Source: Escherichia coli | GTDB taxonomy: Bacteria; Pseudomonadota; Gammaproteobacteria; Enterobacterales; Enterobacteriaceae | Assembly (NCBI RefSeq): GCF_024502345.1 | Contig: NZ_JALDNN010000001.1 | Length of the DNA stretch: 64,000 bases | Direction: 5' to 3' (one strand) | In this document: positions 63,233 to 64,000 of the stretch, piece after piece | Numbering within the stretch: position 1 is the first letter of the stretch | Layout of the letters: each line of letters opens with the position of its first letter | Position numbers and translations under genes: made by a program | The notes under the pieces: generated by a model | What the model saw: the letters and a program-made list of their open reading frames with translations, nothing else | Database searches by the model: none | What the model was told of the DNA's origin: nothing

Positions 63233-64000
63233 TTAAACAGACTGAAACTGTGACAACATCGTTTCCGCCATCACCCACAGCGCACGGTTGAGTTTTACGT
63301 CCCCGTCAATGCCACGCACCGCACGGGTATGCGTTCGCCCGCCTTTAGCATTACGTCCACTAAGCCCGCCCTTAATCAGGTTTTCCTGTACACGCTGATA
63401 AGTGGTCCACAGATCATTGCTCTCATCCTGCCAGCGGCGTGGGGAGAGTATCTGCGATTCATTAACAGGCTGGTGGTCCTCACCAAAGCGATACGTAAGC
63501 GCTGCTTTAGCAAGTGCCTGCTGCGCAGGTGGCGGTAGCATCAGAGACTGCATGGCATCGCGTTTCTCTTCCACCCGGTCAAAAATCCCAAGCACTTCAT
63601 AAGCCCCTTCAATCACCTGACTCACCACATCACCTTTGTGTGGTACCCGCACCTCACCAAACGACTCACCGCAGACAAGCCCGTTCTGACACACCGCACG
63701 AAATAATCCCGGCAGCATTTGATACGAACTGGTGCCATCATGAGAGTTAAGCAGAATGATTTCCGGCACCTGTTTACCTGTAATTTGCCCCTCCCGACGC
63801 AGGCGAAGCATGTGCTTGGTGTGTTCCCGACGCCCCGGGTCACGCACGCGGGTCTGACAGGCAAAGAATGGCTGAAAGCCTTCGCGCTGCAGGTTGTCCA
63901 GCAGGGATATGGTTGGAATATAGGTATAACGTTCGCTGCGGGATTTGTGTTTGTCCTGACTGAAAACGCTGGGCACCACACGAAACAGCTCTTCACGGGT
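63233..64000 (-). CDS. DUF932-family protein (YafZ/YfjQ type); 5' end beyond the window
   Basis: The frame is open to the window edge: ...TREELFRVVPSVFSQDKHKSRSERYTYIPTISLLDNLQREGFQPFFACQTRVRDPGRREHTKHMLRLR. Confidence 0.8.
   Translation of the reverse strand, partial: TREELFRVVPSVFSQDKHKSRSERYTYIPTISLLDNLQREGFQPFFACQTRVRDPGRREHTKHMLRLRREGQITGKQVPEIILLNSHDGTSSYQMLPGLFRAVCQNGLVCGESFGEVRVPHKGDVVSQVIEGAYEVLGIFDRVEEKRDAMQSLMLPPPAQQALAKAALTYRFGEDHQPVNESQILSPRRWQDESNDLWTTYQRVQENLIKGGLSGRNAKGGRTHTRAVRGIDGDVKLNRALWVMAETMLSQFQSV

Overview
This window is Escherichia coli chromosome. Positions 1-24.9 kb carry the conserved backbone mhpFDCBA / mhpR-lacIZYA / cynXST-cynR / codAB / prpEDCB, in K-12 gene order read in reverse, with REP/BIME repeats in the intergenic gaps. 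From 25.1 kb the backbone breaks down. prpR is cut after codon 45 by an IS1 whose other flank is a 5'-truncated afuC, followed by mmuM and mmuP (cargo of the CP4-6 prophage type). Next comes a second, clearly diverged mhpT-E-F-D-C-B-A' cluster, truncated by IS30. A stack of IS scars follows: IS30, a fragment of an IS911-like element, a 3'-truncated IS256-family element, and an IS66-family relic. Positions ~39.9-56.75 kb form a visibly GC-rich foreign block. It matches the gene content and order of the locus of heat resistance (LHR, also called tLST): an HTH regulator, sHSP20, ClpK/ClpG disaggregase, a small membrane-protein fragment, an FtsH-like protease, a second sHSP, YfdX1, YfdX2, HdeD, orf11, a Trx2-like thioredoxin, KefB, PsiE, an M48 protease and a DegP-like protease. 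An IS5-family transposase fragment closes the block. The last 7 kb holds two diverged, convergently oriented CP4-type modules (antirestriction, RadC-like, DUF987, CbeA antitoxin, CbtA toxin). The second module carries internal deletions that create a yfjR'/ag43'/antirestriction chimera. The points most worth a second look are inside and around the LHR: an FtsH-like gene lacking the Walker B segment; orf11, which looks like an HPF-fold domain fused to an ECF-sigma-like module; a signal-peptide-like mini-ORF out of frame upstream of yfdX2; and a perfect 33-bp duplication in clpK. Also notable are the xenologous second mhp operon, the IS1-mediated loss of prpR, and the convergent toxin-antitoxin modules. 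All calls come from reading the sequence and ORF translations by eye. No database search or computation was run.
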